This document shows, piece after piece, positions 1-10,605 of a DNA stretch of 64,000 nucleotides. Below the pieces are notes generated by a model that had not been told where the DNA came from, made no database searches, and worked only from the letters and a program-made list of their open reading frames with translations. Every line of letters begins with the position of its first letter. Position 1 is the first letter of the stretch. The stretch is from Bacteroidota bacterium (GTDB taxonomy: Bacteria > Bacteroidota > Ignavibacteria > Kapaibacteriales > UBA961): assembly GCA_009919265.1 (NCBI GenBank), contig RGCF01000002.1:11059-75058 (forward strand), given 5' to 3'. Both the position numbers and the translations under genes were made by a program.

Positions 1-543
1 ACTGGATCTATGTATGGTAGGCGAAATCCTTCTGCATTGTTTGCTGCATTGGAGTTATTGTCATCAAGAGGTGAGATATCGCCTGATTCCATTCACTTGA
101 GATTCATTGGTCGCTTTGGAAATGAAGTGCATGAAATGTTTGCTACAACTTCTTTTTCGAGTTCAATTGAAGTAATTGGTTATGTGCCGCACGAAAAGAG
201 TATTTCTTATTTACTCGTTTCAGATGTATTACTGTTGATTGTGGACGAAGCGAAAGAGAGCGAAGAAATTGTACCGGGAAAAGTGTATGAATATATTGGT
301 TCATTCAAACCGGTGATTGCGATTGCACCAACACATGGCGCAATTGCAGACTTGATGAATGAGACTCGTGCAGGAGGAATAGCACATCAATCAGACATAG
401 AGGGCATTGCAAACATCATACGGGAAATGTATACTGCTTTCAAAGAAGGCAAGTCACTTGCTCAACCAAACATTGAGGCAATCAAAGGGTATGAGAGAAG
501 AGAATCCACAAGAAAACTTGCGCAATTGCTTGATACCAAGTGA
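1..543 (+). CDS. Glycosyltransferase (GT-B/GT4-like), C-terminal fragment; 5' end lies outside the window
   Basis: The frame is open to the window edge. The distal segment 'VLLLIVDEAKESEEIVPGKVYEYIGSFKPVIAI' resembles the C-terminal domain of GT4 enzymes. Confidence 0.45.
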   Translation, partial: TGSMYGRRNPSALFAALELLSSRGEISPDSIHLRFIGRFGNEVHEMFATTSFSSSIEVIGYVPHEKSISYLLVSDVLLLIVDEAKESEEIVPGKVYEYIGSFKPVIAIAPTHGAIADLMNETRAGGIAHQSDIEGIANIIREMYTAFKEGKSLAQPNIEAIKGYERRESTRKLAQLLDTK

Positions 544-1053
544 TTAGAGCAATTCGTTTTTCTTGCGTGACTCTTGAGCCATGTTAGATTTGAAGACTGT
601 CATTTCAGCTAATAATTCAGGGTAGCAAACACTCAAAATTTGCACAGCCAATAATCCTGCATTTTTTCCGCCACCAATTGCAACAGTTGCAACCGGTACA
701 CCCGGAGGCATTTGCACAATTGACAATAATGAATCTTGCCCCCCAAGTGCCTTGGTCTGAACAGGAACACCAATCACAGGCAATGGTGAATATGCAGCAG
801 TCATACCAGGCAAATGAGCTGCCCCGCCAGCACCAGCGATGATTACCTTTATACCTCGCAAATGTGCCGTCTTTCCATAGTCTGCCATGTCCTCAGGAGT
901 GCGATGTGCAGACACAACTTTCAATTCATACGGTATTGAAAATGTTTCGCAAATGGCTGCAGCTTCTTGCATAGTGGGAAGATCTGAATCACTTCCCATG
1001 ATGATTCCGACAATTGGTTCTGTTCCAAATCGTGTCGTATCGTGTTCTGACAT
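544..1053 (-). CDS. purE: N5-carboxyaminoimidazole ribonucleotide mutase
   Basis: 169 aa. Carries '[12 protein letters not shown]', 'VSAHRTP' and '[10 protein letters not shown]', the classic PurE motifs. Confidence 0.9.
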   Translation of the reverse strand: MSEHDTTRFGTEPIVGIIMGSDSDLPTMQEAAAICETFSIPYELKVVSAHRTPEDMADYGKTAHLRGIKVIIAGAGGAAHLPGMTAAYSPLPVIGVPVQTKALGGQDSLLSIVQMPPGVPVATVAIGGGKNAGLLAVQILSVCYPELLAEMTVFKSNMAQESRKKNELL

Positions 1054-1072
1054 GTTCTTGCCTTTGGCTTAG

Positions 1073-1109
1073 AAAAAAAATTGCCCCGACGGATATCCTC
1101 TCGTCGGGG
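1073..1109 (-). terminator. Rho-independent terminator after hmgA
   Basis: Stem ccccgacg (1084-1091) pairs with cgtcgggg (1102-1109). The A-run at 1073-1080 is a T-run on the minus strand. Confidence 0.6.
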
Positions 1110-1130
1110 CTTCCGCTATCTACCTATTAA

Positions 1131-2429
1131 TCAGCGCTGATTTGGATTGAACAATGGTTTCAATCCTTGCCAGCATTCGAAATAATCTTTCTGTAATTCA
1201 CCAGTTTCCATTGCATATTTTGTTGGACGATTGACAAATCGTGTTTCAACCATAAATGCAAATCCGTTATTGATATAATGGGGCTCAAGTGTAGCATTAA
1301 CTGCTTTTTCATATGTGGCAGCATCTGGACCATGTCCTGACATGCAATTATGCAGTGAACTTCCACCGGGGACAAATCCACCACCTTCTTTTGCATCATA
1401 AGCACCGGAAATCAATCCCATGTATTCATTCATGAAATTTCTATGGAACCAGGGTGGTCTAAATGTGTGCTCTGCAACCATCCATCTTGGAGGAAACAAA
1501 ACAAAATCTGCATTTGCTGTACCTGGTGTGTCTGAAGCAGAAGTCAAGACGGTAAAAATTGATGGGTCAGGATGATCGAATGAAACTGTATTGATGCAAT
1601 TGAAATGAGCCAAATTGTATTTGTATGGAGCATAATTTCCGTGCCATGCAACCACATCAAGCGGCGAATGTTTTAATTCTGCCTGCCAGAGATTTCCCAT
1701 GAATTTTGAAATCACATGAAATTCTCCATCTACTTGCTCATAGCATGCAATCGGATATTGAAAGTCTCTTGGATTTGCCAAGCCATTGGCTCCTATAGGG
1801 CCAAGATCCGGCAATTTGAATGGAGATCCATAATTTTCGCAAATATATCCGCGCGCATTTTCATCCATTAAGTCCACAGCGAACTTTATTCCACGCGGAA
1901 TCACACAAATCTCACCTGTCGTGACATGAATATTTCCGAGCTCTGTTCGAAACAACAATGCACCTTGTTGAGGAATGAATAACATTTCTCCATCAGCATT
2001 GTAGAAATATCTGTTTTTCATTGAAGAATTGATAGCATAGATATGGACAGCCACACCTGTTTGCGATACTGAATCACCGCATCCAGCCATTGTGATGATT
2101 CCATCCACCATGTCTTTTGGCGTTGTTGGAATCGGATGAGGATCCCAACGCAATTGATTTGGCGTGGTTTCCACTTCATTGAACGGGGTCGACCGAATCA
2201 ATCCATTGTCGATCCGCTCATAGGGTTTATGCACCACCGAAGGCCTGATTCTATACAACCATGAACGCTTATTGGCTCCTCTATGGGCTGTGAAGGCAGA
2301 ACCATTCACTTGCTCTGCATAAAGATTATAAGGATTTCTTTGTGGGGAGTTTTGACCTTTCGGTAAAGCGCCAACCAATGCTTCGGTTGCGAATTCATTG
2401 CCAAAACCTGAATTGTACTGAAGTTCCAT
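1131..2429 (-). CDS. hmgA: Homogentisate 1,2-dioxygenase
   Basis: 432 aa. N-terminus '[26 protein letters not shown]' and overall length are typical of HGD. Confidence 0.9.
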   Translation of the reverse strand: MELQYNSGFGNEFATEALVGALPKGQNSPQRNPYNLYAEQVNGSAFTAHRGANKRSWLYRIRPSVVHKPYERIDNGLIRSTPFNEVETTPNQLRWDPHPIPTTPKDMVDGIITMAGCGDSVSQTGVAVHIYAINSSMKNRYFYNADGEMLFIPQQGALLFRTELGNIHVTTGEICVIPRGIKFAVDLMDENARGYICENYGSPFKLPDLGPIGANGLANPRDFQYPIACYEQVDGEFHVISKFMGNLWQAELKHSPLDVVAWHGNYAPYKYNLAHFNCINTVSFDHPDPSIFTVLTSASDTPGTANADFVLFPPRWMVAEHTFRPPWFHRNFMNEYMGLISGAYDAKEGGGFVPGGSSLHNCMSGHGPDAATYEKAVNATLEPHYINNGFAFMVETRFVNRPTKYAMETGELQKDYFECWQGLKPLFNPNQR

Positions 2430-2574
2430 GTCAACTTCCTGAAAAATGGGGAATATTCACCCTCCGAATGTCTTTTTTCACTAGGAAAAAGGACTTAGAC
2501 AAAAATAACAAGGTTTTTCGACTTCACACTGATACAAATGCATGAAAGAGTACTAAAACCACCATTGAATTGGC

Positions 2575-2605
2575 TTTGCTCTATGAGGCAAGTTTCGTAT
2601 TTTTG
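2575..2605 (+). promoter_or_regulatory. Bacteroidetes-type sigma-A promoter for atpDC (-33 TTTG, -7 TAnnTTTG)
   Basis: TTTG at 2575-2578, a 19-nt spacer, then TATTTTTG at 2598-2605. This lies 52 nt upstream of the atpD ATG. Confidence 0.5.
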
Positions 2606-2623
2606 TGCTTTCAATTTAATTAG

Positions 2624-4063
<1,440 letters not shown>

Positions 4064-4089
4064 TTGATCTCAATCATTTTTGAAGAATT

Positions 4090-4497
4090 ATGTCAGAACA
4101 TCTTCTCGATTTAGATATTGTAACACCGCAAAGAATCATATTCAGCGGTAAATGTTTTTCAGTTGCTTTGCCGGGCGCAAAGTCTCCATTTCAGGTACTG
4201 TATAATCATGCCCCGATTGTTTCTGCTCTTGAAGTAGGAGCTATTAAAATTGTCAATGAAGACAATAGCGAAGTTGTCTATGCAACCGAAGGTGGTTTCG
4301 TTGAAGTCCTCCAAAATCGAGTTTCAATTGTAGTGGAAACTGCCGAACAATCTTCTGAAATCAATTCAGAATTGGCTTTGGCCGCAATCGCTGATTTACA
4401 ACAGCAACTTGAATTCACAACGACAATCCAACAAAGAGAACAATTGAAACATGCAATCTCAATCCAAGAAAATCGAGTGCGCATAGCAACGAAATAA
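4090..4497 (+). CDS. atpC: F0F1 ATP synthase subunit epsilon
   Basis: 135 aa, immediately downstream of atpD. N-terminal pattern 'L.L.IVTP...' is typical of epsilon. Confidence 0.88.
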   Translation: MSEHLLDLDIVTPQRIIFSGKCFSVALPGAKSPFQVLYNHAPIVSALEVGAIKIVNEDNSEVVYATEGGFVEVLQNRVSIVVETAEQSSEINSELALAAIADLQQQLEFTTTIQQREQLKHAISIQENRVRIATK

Positions 4498-4516
4498 ACT
4501 CTACCATAAAAACAAT

Positions 4517-4546
4517 AAAAAGGCCATCTTTGATGGCCTTTTTTGT
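4517..4546 (+). terminator. Rho-independent terminator after atpC
   Basis: aggccatc (4521-4528) pairs with gatggcct (4532-4539), followed by TTTTTT. Confidence 0.75.
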
Positions 4547-4776
4547 TATAAAACAACAATTCCCGTAAACAAGGGAAGCGTCTACGGGAACCGTGCTCTT
4601 AGGGAAGAATAGGTTTGATGCAAAAAACCAATCAGGTTTTGCAGCATTGATGGGGGAAGCATCAAACCCGGGGGTCAACATACTATAAGCCACGAATGGC
4701 TAATAATAACCAAGTTTCTGGTTAATATTCAGCAAAGTATGTGCCAAAAACCCGAGTTTTCTGGATTCAATGATAA

Positions 4777-6054
4777 TTATTCGCTGAGAAGCTGAAATTC
4801 TTTCTTGAAGATTTCCTGTTGTGCTGGACTCATGGATTTCCCTCTTCTGTTCATGACGAGATCTGCAACCTGCAATGCCCTTTGTAAATCATATTGTCCT
4901 CCCTTTTTGGACATTTCAGCAGATGCTCCCCATGCAAAAGAAGGAATTTCTTTTGGAGGGAATACCCCAATATCATGGATGGATGAGCTAATTCCTATAA
5001 TTGTGCCTGTCTTTAAACATGTGCCTATCGCAGTTTTTGAATGATCCCCGATCAAAGCTCCGAGAAACTGCAATTCTGTATGAATATGCTTCCCTCTTAG
5101 AGTGACATCTATTGTTCCATATGTGTTTTTTAGGTCGGATGTTGTTGTCATAGCACCCAAATTCACCCATTCACCACAATAGGAATGTCCGATGAATCCC
5201 TGATGCTGTTTATTTGCATAGCCGTGGAATATACTTTGTTCCACTTCTCCGCCAATTTTACAATGGGGTCCGAGAACTGTTCCGGCATATAATTGTGCAC
5301 CTGCTTTTAGCATACTTCCCTTTCCGATATGACATGGGCCTTGCACAAATGATTGCGCCATGATCATAACATCTGACTCAATGATAATTGGACCTTTGCT
5401 TGCATCCAATACAATCCCCGGGGCGAACTCACATTGTTTTCCGATTGCAATATTATCTACATTCAATGCAAAGACATGACCAGGCAGTGGTTCTTTTAAA
5501 TGTTTTGAAAAATAGGAAAAAGATTCAGTAATACCTTTGGGAGCCATCATCATGGCATCCCATTGATGCATCATTCTTGCTGATTCAATATCAGTGACTG
5601 GCAAAGATTCAATTGGAAAGCGAGCAATAACCTCTTCAAAGGTCGGGGCAAACAAATCAAGATGAGCTATCTCCTGTTCATTCATGAGATATGCCCCTAT
5701 GATGAGTTCTTTATCACGAATGATGAAAGACTGTGCTCCATCAATTGCCATGCGTCTCAATATGGTAAGGATTTGTGATGTTGGTGCAATATCTGCCCTT
5801 AAGATCATAATAGGAGATGTTGGTGTTGTTAGATCTCCCTGCTTAGTCACCTCTTGTTCTTGGAACGCTCTCTTTTGAAGATCCCTACCGATGAATGACA
5901 ATGAAAATTCTGGCAATCCATCACGAAAAACTTCAAAAGATCTTCGGCCTCCATAGCGCAGCTCCCATGATGAATGCATCACGGAAAAAGGATACAGCGT
6001 ATGTTCGATTCCTTTAGATTCAGCAAGAATCAATGTAAAGAGGGCTTGTTGCAT
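4777..6054 (-). CDS. GlmU-like putative sugar nucleotidyltransferase/acyltransferase with a left-handed beta-helix (hexapeptide repeats)
   Basis: 425 aa. The N-terminal region resembles a nucleotidyltransferase. The C-terminal half has hexapeptide-type [LIV]G periodicity ('IGKGSMLKAGAQLYAGTVLGPHCKIGGEV'). Confidence 0.6.
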   Translation of the reverse strand: MQQALFTLILAESKGIEHTLYPFSVMHSSWELRYGGRRSFEVFRDGLPEFSLSFIGRDLQKRAFQEQEVTKQGDLTTPTSPIMILRADIAPTSQILTILRRMAIDGAQSFIIRDKELIIGAYLMNEQEIAHLDLFAPTFEEVIARFPIESLPVTDIESARMMHQWDAMMMAPKGITESFSYFSKHLKEPLPGHVFALNVDNIAIGKQCEFAPGIVLDASKGPIIIESDVMIMAQSFVQGPCHIGKGSMLKAGAQLYAGTVLGPHCKIGGEVEQSIFHGYANKQHQGFIGHSYCGEWVNLGAMTTTSDLKNTYGTIDVTLRGKHIHTELQFLGALIGDHSKTAIGTCLKTGTIIGISSSIHDIGVFPPKEIPSFAWGASAEMSKKGGQYDLQRALQVADLVMNRRGKSMSPAQQEIFKKEFQLLSE

Positions 6055-6362
6055 GAGTATTCCAAATACAAATCACTATGACAAAAATCATTGTTAGAGT
6101 GACCAAAACCAAAAATATTAATCGGAAACCTCATAAATCATCTTGTGCTTAGGTCTATGAGGCGCATTATTCTTCAATTATATGCCATGATCACTAACCA
6201 ATTCCCAAATGGAACTTCAGGATAATACAATTATTATAAATGGAGAGAAAATGAAACTATATTCAATAAACTATGGCAGTTTGCTTGCTCTCATTTTCCA
6301 AAGCATATGTAAGTTTGTATGAAAAAACTTGAACCAATGCACAACATCAAAAGAGGAATGCG

Positions 6363-6794
6363 ATGAACTCTATTTTTAAGCAAAGCATTGTACTGTTTCT
6401 GGGAGTGTTTCTACATTCCGCATATGTGTTATCTGCTGACACACCAGACAAAGCAGCACTTATGAAACGAGGACAAGTAATATATAATGAATATTGCAAA
6501 ACTTGTCATCAAGCAAATGGACAAGGTTTGTCAACTATCTATCCTCCAATTGCAGGTTCCGATTATATGAAAACAAAAGGAGTAAAAGTAATCACAGATA
6601 ATGTTGTGAATGGTTTAAAGGGAGTAATAACAATCAATGGAAAAAAATTCAATAATGTGATGACTTCTCTTCCAATCAAATATTCGAATTCCGATGCATC
6701 AGCAGTGATTACATATATCCTCAATAGCTGGGGACATAATGGAGGAATCGTTTCAGAAGCAGATGTAAAAAAAGTACGCAAAGTTGGTAAATGA
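6363..6794 (+). CDS. Class I c-type cytochrome, secreted
   Basis: 143 aa with a signal peptide and a single CxxCH heme site ('CKTCH'). A TAAGTTTG -7 box sits at 6310-6317. Confidence 0.8.
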   Translation: MNSIFKQSIVLFLGVFLHSAYVLSADTPDKAALMKRGQVIYNEYCKTCHQANGQGLSTIYPPIAGSDYMKTKGVKVITDNVVNGLKGVITINGKKFNNVMTSLPIKYSNSDASAVITYILNSWGHNGGIVSEADVKKVRKVGK

Positions 6795-6813
6795 TGCATA
6801 CATGATAGAAAGC

Positions 6814-6849
6814 AAAAAACCCTGACATAGTATGTCAGGGTTTTTTTTT
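6814..6849. terminator. Bidirectional-looking rho-independent terminator after the cytochrome c gene
   Basis: ccctgacata (6820-6829) pairs with tatgtcaggg (6831-6840). An A-run precedes it and a 9-T run follows. Confidence 0.8.
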
Positions 6850-7096
6850 GGAAGCTTGCTCCGTATTCAGTCCCAATCGAGACCGTGTATATGCCGGGTG
6901 GTGAATCCGGCATATCACTGCCATTGTTGGGTGGCGAAAAGAGGGAGAGAGTGCTCTTCCGTATCGACTATGTGGTGTACTCGATACTATAAAGACAGTC
7001 TGTTACGAAGGAACCTTACACAAAGCAAATCTTCCCAATTGTAGAACATTGACGATGAAGCACTCCATATCTTGCATGCAATGGTTCACAATGAGC
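6850..7096. ncRNA. Candidate structured non-coding RNA or gene remnant between two terminators; class and strand unknown
   Basis: About 250 bp with no credible ORF, visibly more GC-rich than its flanks. Perfect hairpins at 6889-6897/6907-6915 and 6961-6967/6981-6987. Confidence 0.2.
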
Positions 7097-7120
7097 AAAA
7101 AAAAACTCCCAAAGGGAGTT
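7096..7120 (-). terminator. Rho-independent terminator after nuoK
   Basis: actccc (7105-7110) pairs with gggagt (7114-7119), with a T-run on the minus strand (A-run 7097-7105). Confidence 0.65.
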
Positions 7121-7144
7121 TGATTTTTCTAAGTGCTTGAAAGT

Positions 7145-7459
7145 TCACCATTTCATGAGGTTTACTTCATCGACATAAACAGTTTGTCTACTCCTAAAGA
7201 GAGCAAGCACAATTGCAAGACCAACAGCAGCTTCTGCTGCGGCAACAGCCATAACAAAAAACACAAACATTTGTCCTGCTGAATCACCAAGATACGCTGA
7301 AAATGCAACCAATGTAAGATTAACTGCATTGAGCATCATTTCTATACACATGAAAATGATAATTGCATTTCTTCTTGTGATTACACCAGCAGCTCCAATG
7401 ACAAAAATAATGGCTGACAATGCAAGGTAAAATTCGAGTGGTATCGTTGTAATATTCAT
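7145..7459 (-). CDS. nuoK: NADH-quinone oxidoreductase subunit K
   Basis: 104 aa with 3 TM segments. '[13 protein letters not shown]' and '[12 protein letters not shown]' are hallmark NuoK/ND4L motifs. Confidence 0.9.
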   Translation of the reverse strand: MNITTIPLEFYLALSAIIFVIGAAGVITRRNAIIIFMCIEMMLNAVNLTLVAFSAYLGDSAGQMFVFFVMAVAAAEAAVGLAIVLALFRSRQTVYVDEVNLMKW

Positions 7460-7492
7460 AGTGTTACTCTTGATGCGAAATCAATGATGATG

Positions 7493-8005
7493 TCAATCTT
7501 CTATATTTCTTTTCGCTAATATGATTGAACCAAGAACAGCTGCCAAAAGCAATAACGAAATTGCTTCAAATGGAAATATATAACCGGAGAATAAAACATT
7601 TCCGATTTCAGCAGGTGATCCAATTTTTTCTGCAGAGGGTGCAAGTTCATTGAATCCTGTTGGGGTAGATAAAAATGCCAATAACACTTCCATTGCCAAT
7701 GCGCATGACAAAGCAATCGCAAGTGCGGTGCGAGGATTAAAGCGCTCCTTCAAAGCATCTTCTTTTCCTAGATTCAATAACATGATAACAAACACAACCA
7801 ATACCATGATCGCGCCTGCATATACAAGAATTTGAACTGCAGCAATAAACTGGGCTTGCAATGTGAGATATAATCCGGCCAAAGCAAAGAAATGCATAAT
7901 CAGTGAAACTGCAGCTGATACCGGATTTCTTCTAGTGACAAGCAAAATTCCCGTGGCAATTGACAATAAGCCAAGTATGAAAAAGGCGATGGTTTGAATA
8001 TTCAC
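7493..8005 (-). CDS. nuoJ: NADH-quinone oxidoreductase subunit J
   Basis: 170 aa. 'NPVSAAVSLIMHFFALAGLYLTLQAQFIAAVQILVYAGAIMVLVVFVIMLL' is typical of NuoJ/ND6. Confidence 0.9.
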   Translation of the reverse strand: MNIQTIAFFILGLLSIATGILLVTRRNPVSAAVSLIMHFFALAGLYLTLQAQFIAAVQILVYAGAIMVLVVFVIMLLNLGKEDALKERFNPRTALAIALSCALAMEVLLAFLSTPTGFNELAPSAEKIGSPAEIGNVLFSGYIFPFEAISLLLLAAVLGSIILAKRNIED

Positions 8006-8084
8006 AACGTTCTCAAATAGTTGACTGAATCACAGGCAAAAATAGTAAAATTTCTAGCTTCTTAAGCCCCAAAATCAATGAATG

Positions 8085-9143
8085 TCAACTCTGTGATAGC
8101 ACTTGCCCCATATACTGCACCAAGGAGACCATTTTTGCATAATTCATGCGTTTGGGACCAATCAACCCTATTGATCCATGTGTACCTTTCATGGAATATG
8201 ATCCCATAACCATGCTATACTCTTGCAGCTTTACCTCATTTAACTCATTACCTATGACAATCTTTACTGATTCCTTGTGCAAATCATCATGATGATCTAA
8301 TAAGTGAATGATAACATCCTCATTTTCCACCAATTCTATCACTCCTTTCAATTGATTCGGTGAATCGAATTCAGGATATTCCAATAAATGTCTTGCACCT
8401 GCAATATGAACTTTTTCATCCTTTGAAACATGCGGACTAAGCAATGTATCAACAGAATCAATAAAAAGTCGTAAAAGAGAGTGATGTCCACTCACACCAT
8501 CCATCATCATTTCAACTATGTGTTCCCTTAGAAATTTGATGGATTTTCCACTAATTCTACTGTTTATAAACATTGAAGTTTGATCCAGAATTGCTGAATC
8601 AAAAACAATGTCTGTTTCTAATGTAACCGTGCGGACAATATTGGAATCTAATTCCATCACTATCAATAATCTATTTGAAGACAAAGGCATAAGATGCGCT
8701 TTCTTTACGATGATGTCTAACATTTGTGGCAATTCAACAATTGCCAAACAATGTGACAATGCTCCAAGAATTCTTGATGCATCTTTCAATGCTTGATCTT
8801 TGGATAATGCTTGCAATTGATCCTTTACCGAATGTCTGTCTTGCTCAGATAACTCACGAACATCCATCAATGTATCAACATAACAACGATATCCTTTGTC
8901 AGTTGGAACTCTACCTGCTGATGTATGTGGATGAGAAATAAAATTCATGTCTTCCAGATCCGCCATAACATTACGAATAGTTGCCGGACTCAATGTGAAC
9001 TCTTCTGACGTTTTGGATAAAAAGCGAGATCCAACCGGGGAGGCCGTAAGTATATAGGATTGAACAATAGATCGAAGTACAGACTTCTCTCTTTCATTCA
9101 AATCTCTATCATTGGCGTTTCTATGTGGAAATTCAGTGGTCAT
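8085..9143 (-). CDS. hrcA: Heat-inducible transcriptional repressor HrcA
   Basis: 352 aa. N-terminal winged helix 'EREKSVLRSIVQSYILTASPVGSRFLSK'; length fits. Confidence 0.9.
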   Translation of the reverse strand: MTTEFPHRNANDRDLNEREKSVLRSIVQSYILTASPVGSRFLSKTSEEFTLSPATIRNVMADLEDMNFISHPHTSAGRVPTDKGYRCYVDTLMDVRELSEQDRHSVKDQLQALSKDQALKDASRILGALSHCLAIVELPQMLDIIVKKAHLMPLSSNRLLIVMELDSNIVRTVTLETDIVFDSAILDQTSMFINSRISGKSIKFLREHIVEMMMDGVSGHHSLLRLFIDSVDTLLSPHVSKDEKVHIAGARHLLEYPEFDSPNQLKGVIELVENEDVIIHLLDHHDDLHKESVKIVIGNELNEVKLQEYSMVMGSYSMKGTHGSIGLIGPKRMNYAKMVSLVQYMGQVLSQS

Positions 9144-9247
9144 TTCAGCAAAAAATAATGTGTACGAAAATAATGAATCTTCTCCATGTTTCTTTCTCTA
9201 GTCAGGACATCGTAGATTTGTCCATCAAAAAACATGAATGGCACATA

Positions 9248-10030
9248 ATGGACTATCTTTCAAAAGCCGAACAAGCAAGAATCAGACTTCTGGGAAAAAA
9301 GCGTGAACGCGAAGAACAAGGTCGATTTATCGCCGAAGGTATAAAGGTTTGCAAAGAATTATTGAATTCCAATTTCACCATTCAATATGCCGTTATTCCC
9401 GATGATGCAAATGATCAAGCATTAACATTAGCTGATAAATTGCAAGTAGCAGGGATTGAGGTTTGTCTGGCAGGAACTACTGCCTTTGAACGCATGACTG
9501 ACGCAAATTCCCCACAGGACATCTTTTGCATCGCAGAATTGCCTAGTGGTCACGACAATTTACCAGCAACTTTTCTGGCTCTTGAAGATATTAATGATCC
9601 AGGAAATCTTGGTACTATCATACGCACAGCTGACTGGTTTGGAATGACCTCAATCATACTTGGGGGAAATTGTGCAGATGCATTTGGTCCGAAAGCTCTT
9701 CGAGCTGCAATGGGCTCAACATTCCGGATGAATATCATCATAAAAGAAGAATTTGCTCCATTTCTTGATGTATGGAAACAAGCATTTCCAAAAGGAGACA
9801 TTCTTGGATTATTGGTTCAAGCCGATCAATCACTTCATGAGGTACATCAACTTCCGGAAAATTGGGGCATTATCATGGGTAGTGAATCACATGGTGTAAC
9901 AGAGTTGACTGCTCAACATATTACAAGACCATTACGTATTGATGGCTTTGGTTCTGCTGAATCACTCAATGTTGGAATTGCGACAGGAATCACATTATAT
10001 CACTGCCTGTCATTGGTGAGAAAGCAATGA
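9248..10030 (+). CDS. TrmH/SpoU-family RNA 2'-O-methyltransferase
   Basis: SpoU motifs 'LEDINDPGNLGTIIRTA', 'IMGSESHGV' and 'SLNVGIATGITLY'. I chose the ATG at 9248 because the ORF-track start at 9125 would overlap the divergent hrcA start. Confidence 0.8.
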   Translation: MDYLSKAEQARIRLLGKKREREEQGRFIAEGIKVCKELLNSNFTIQYAVIPDDANDQALTLADKLQVAGIEVCLAGTTAFERMTDANSPQDIFCIAELPSGHDNLPATFLALEDINDPGNLGTIIRTADWFGMTSIILGGNCADAFGPKALRAAMGSTFRMNIIIKEEFAPFLDVWKQAFPKGDILGLLVQADQSLHEVHQLPENWGIIMGSESHGVTELTAQHITRPLRIDGFGSAESLNVGIATGITLYHCLSLVRKQ

Positions 10031-10073
10031 TTTATCTTCCAATGCGTCACTTGCCTGCCAATTCACAGAAAAT

Positions 10074-10544
10074 ATGACTGATAAACAAACACATAGAACT
10101 ACAAAAGTGATTGCCCAGAATCGCAAAGCAAGACATGATTTTGAAATCATTTCAACGCTTGAAGTGGGGATTGTACTTACAGGTACGGAGGTAAAGTCAC
10201 TACGTGCGGGAAAATGCAATTTGCAAGACAGTTATGTATTGTATCAGTCAAAACAAGCAAAAGCTCCAATGTTGATAGGTACTCATATCAGCCCTTATGA
10301 TCATGGGAATCGCGAAAATCATATTCCAACCAGAGATCGAGTCCTACTATTGCATGATCGTGAATCAACAAAACTAAAACAGTCAATTCAAGAAAAAGGC
10401 ATGACGGTTGTCCCTCTTTCAATGTATTTTTCCGGACCTTATGTAAAGGTCGAGATTGCAGTTGTGCGTGGGAAAAAATTACATGACAAAAGAGAAGACT
10501 TAAAGAAAAAAGACATTGAACGCGATCTTCGCCGTGGGGAATAA
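10074..10544 (+). CDS. smpB: SsrA-binding protein
   Basis: 156 aa. Carries 'IAQNRKARHDFEI...GIVLTGTEVKSLR'. Confidence 0.93.
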   Translation: MTDKQTHRTTKVIAQNRKARHDFEIISTLEVGIVLTGTEVKSLRAGKCNLQDSYVLYQSKQAKAPMLIGTHISPYDHGNRENHIPTRDRVLLLHDRESTKLKQSIQEKGMTVVPLSMYFSGPYVKVEIAVVRGKKLHDKREDLKKKDIERDLRRGE

Positions 10545-10575
10545 AAAAAACCGCTCTATATAGAACGGTTTTTAA
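10545..10575. terminator. Rho-independent terminator between the convergent smpB and dnaA
   Basis: A-run, then ccgctcta/tagaacgg hairpin with one mismatch, then TTTTT. Confidence 0.55.
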
Positions 10576-10605
10576 GAATCAGCAATTCGTTATTAATTTC
10601 TATGT

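Noticed and set aside
1109-1120. 12-nt string gcttccgctatc repeated at 31195-31206
   Set aside because: Many chance 12-mer matches are expected within a 64-kb window. The flanks do not extend the match.
6889-6960. Resemblance to cobalamin-riboswitch elements (GGUGAAUCC and CACUGCCAUUG...GGGUGGCGAAAAG)
   Set aside because: GGUGAAUCC sits in a hairpin loop rather than the conserved junction. No AGGGAA core or B12 box (AGCCAGGAGACCUGCC-like) is present. No gene lies downstream on either strand. The similarity is too partial to call.
9125-9247. N-terminal extensions in the ORF track, for example the TrmH-family gene from 9125, dnaN from 27065, HPr from 26845, recF from 61293 and the VCBS protein from 55454
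   Set aside because: The extensions overlap neighbouring genes or their promoters and lack homology. Internal ATGs restore the canonical N-termini (MKFSISL for DnaN, His15/Ser46 numbering for HPr, MYIRSL for RecF).
8085-9250. Search for a CIRCE operator near hrcA, and a partial 'gagtgctat' at about 36078
   Set aside because: No inverted repeat of TTAGCACTC-N9-GAGTGCTAA is present. The 36078 match is a single half-site with a mismatch.
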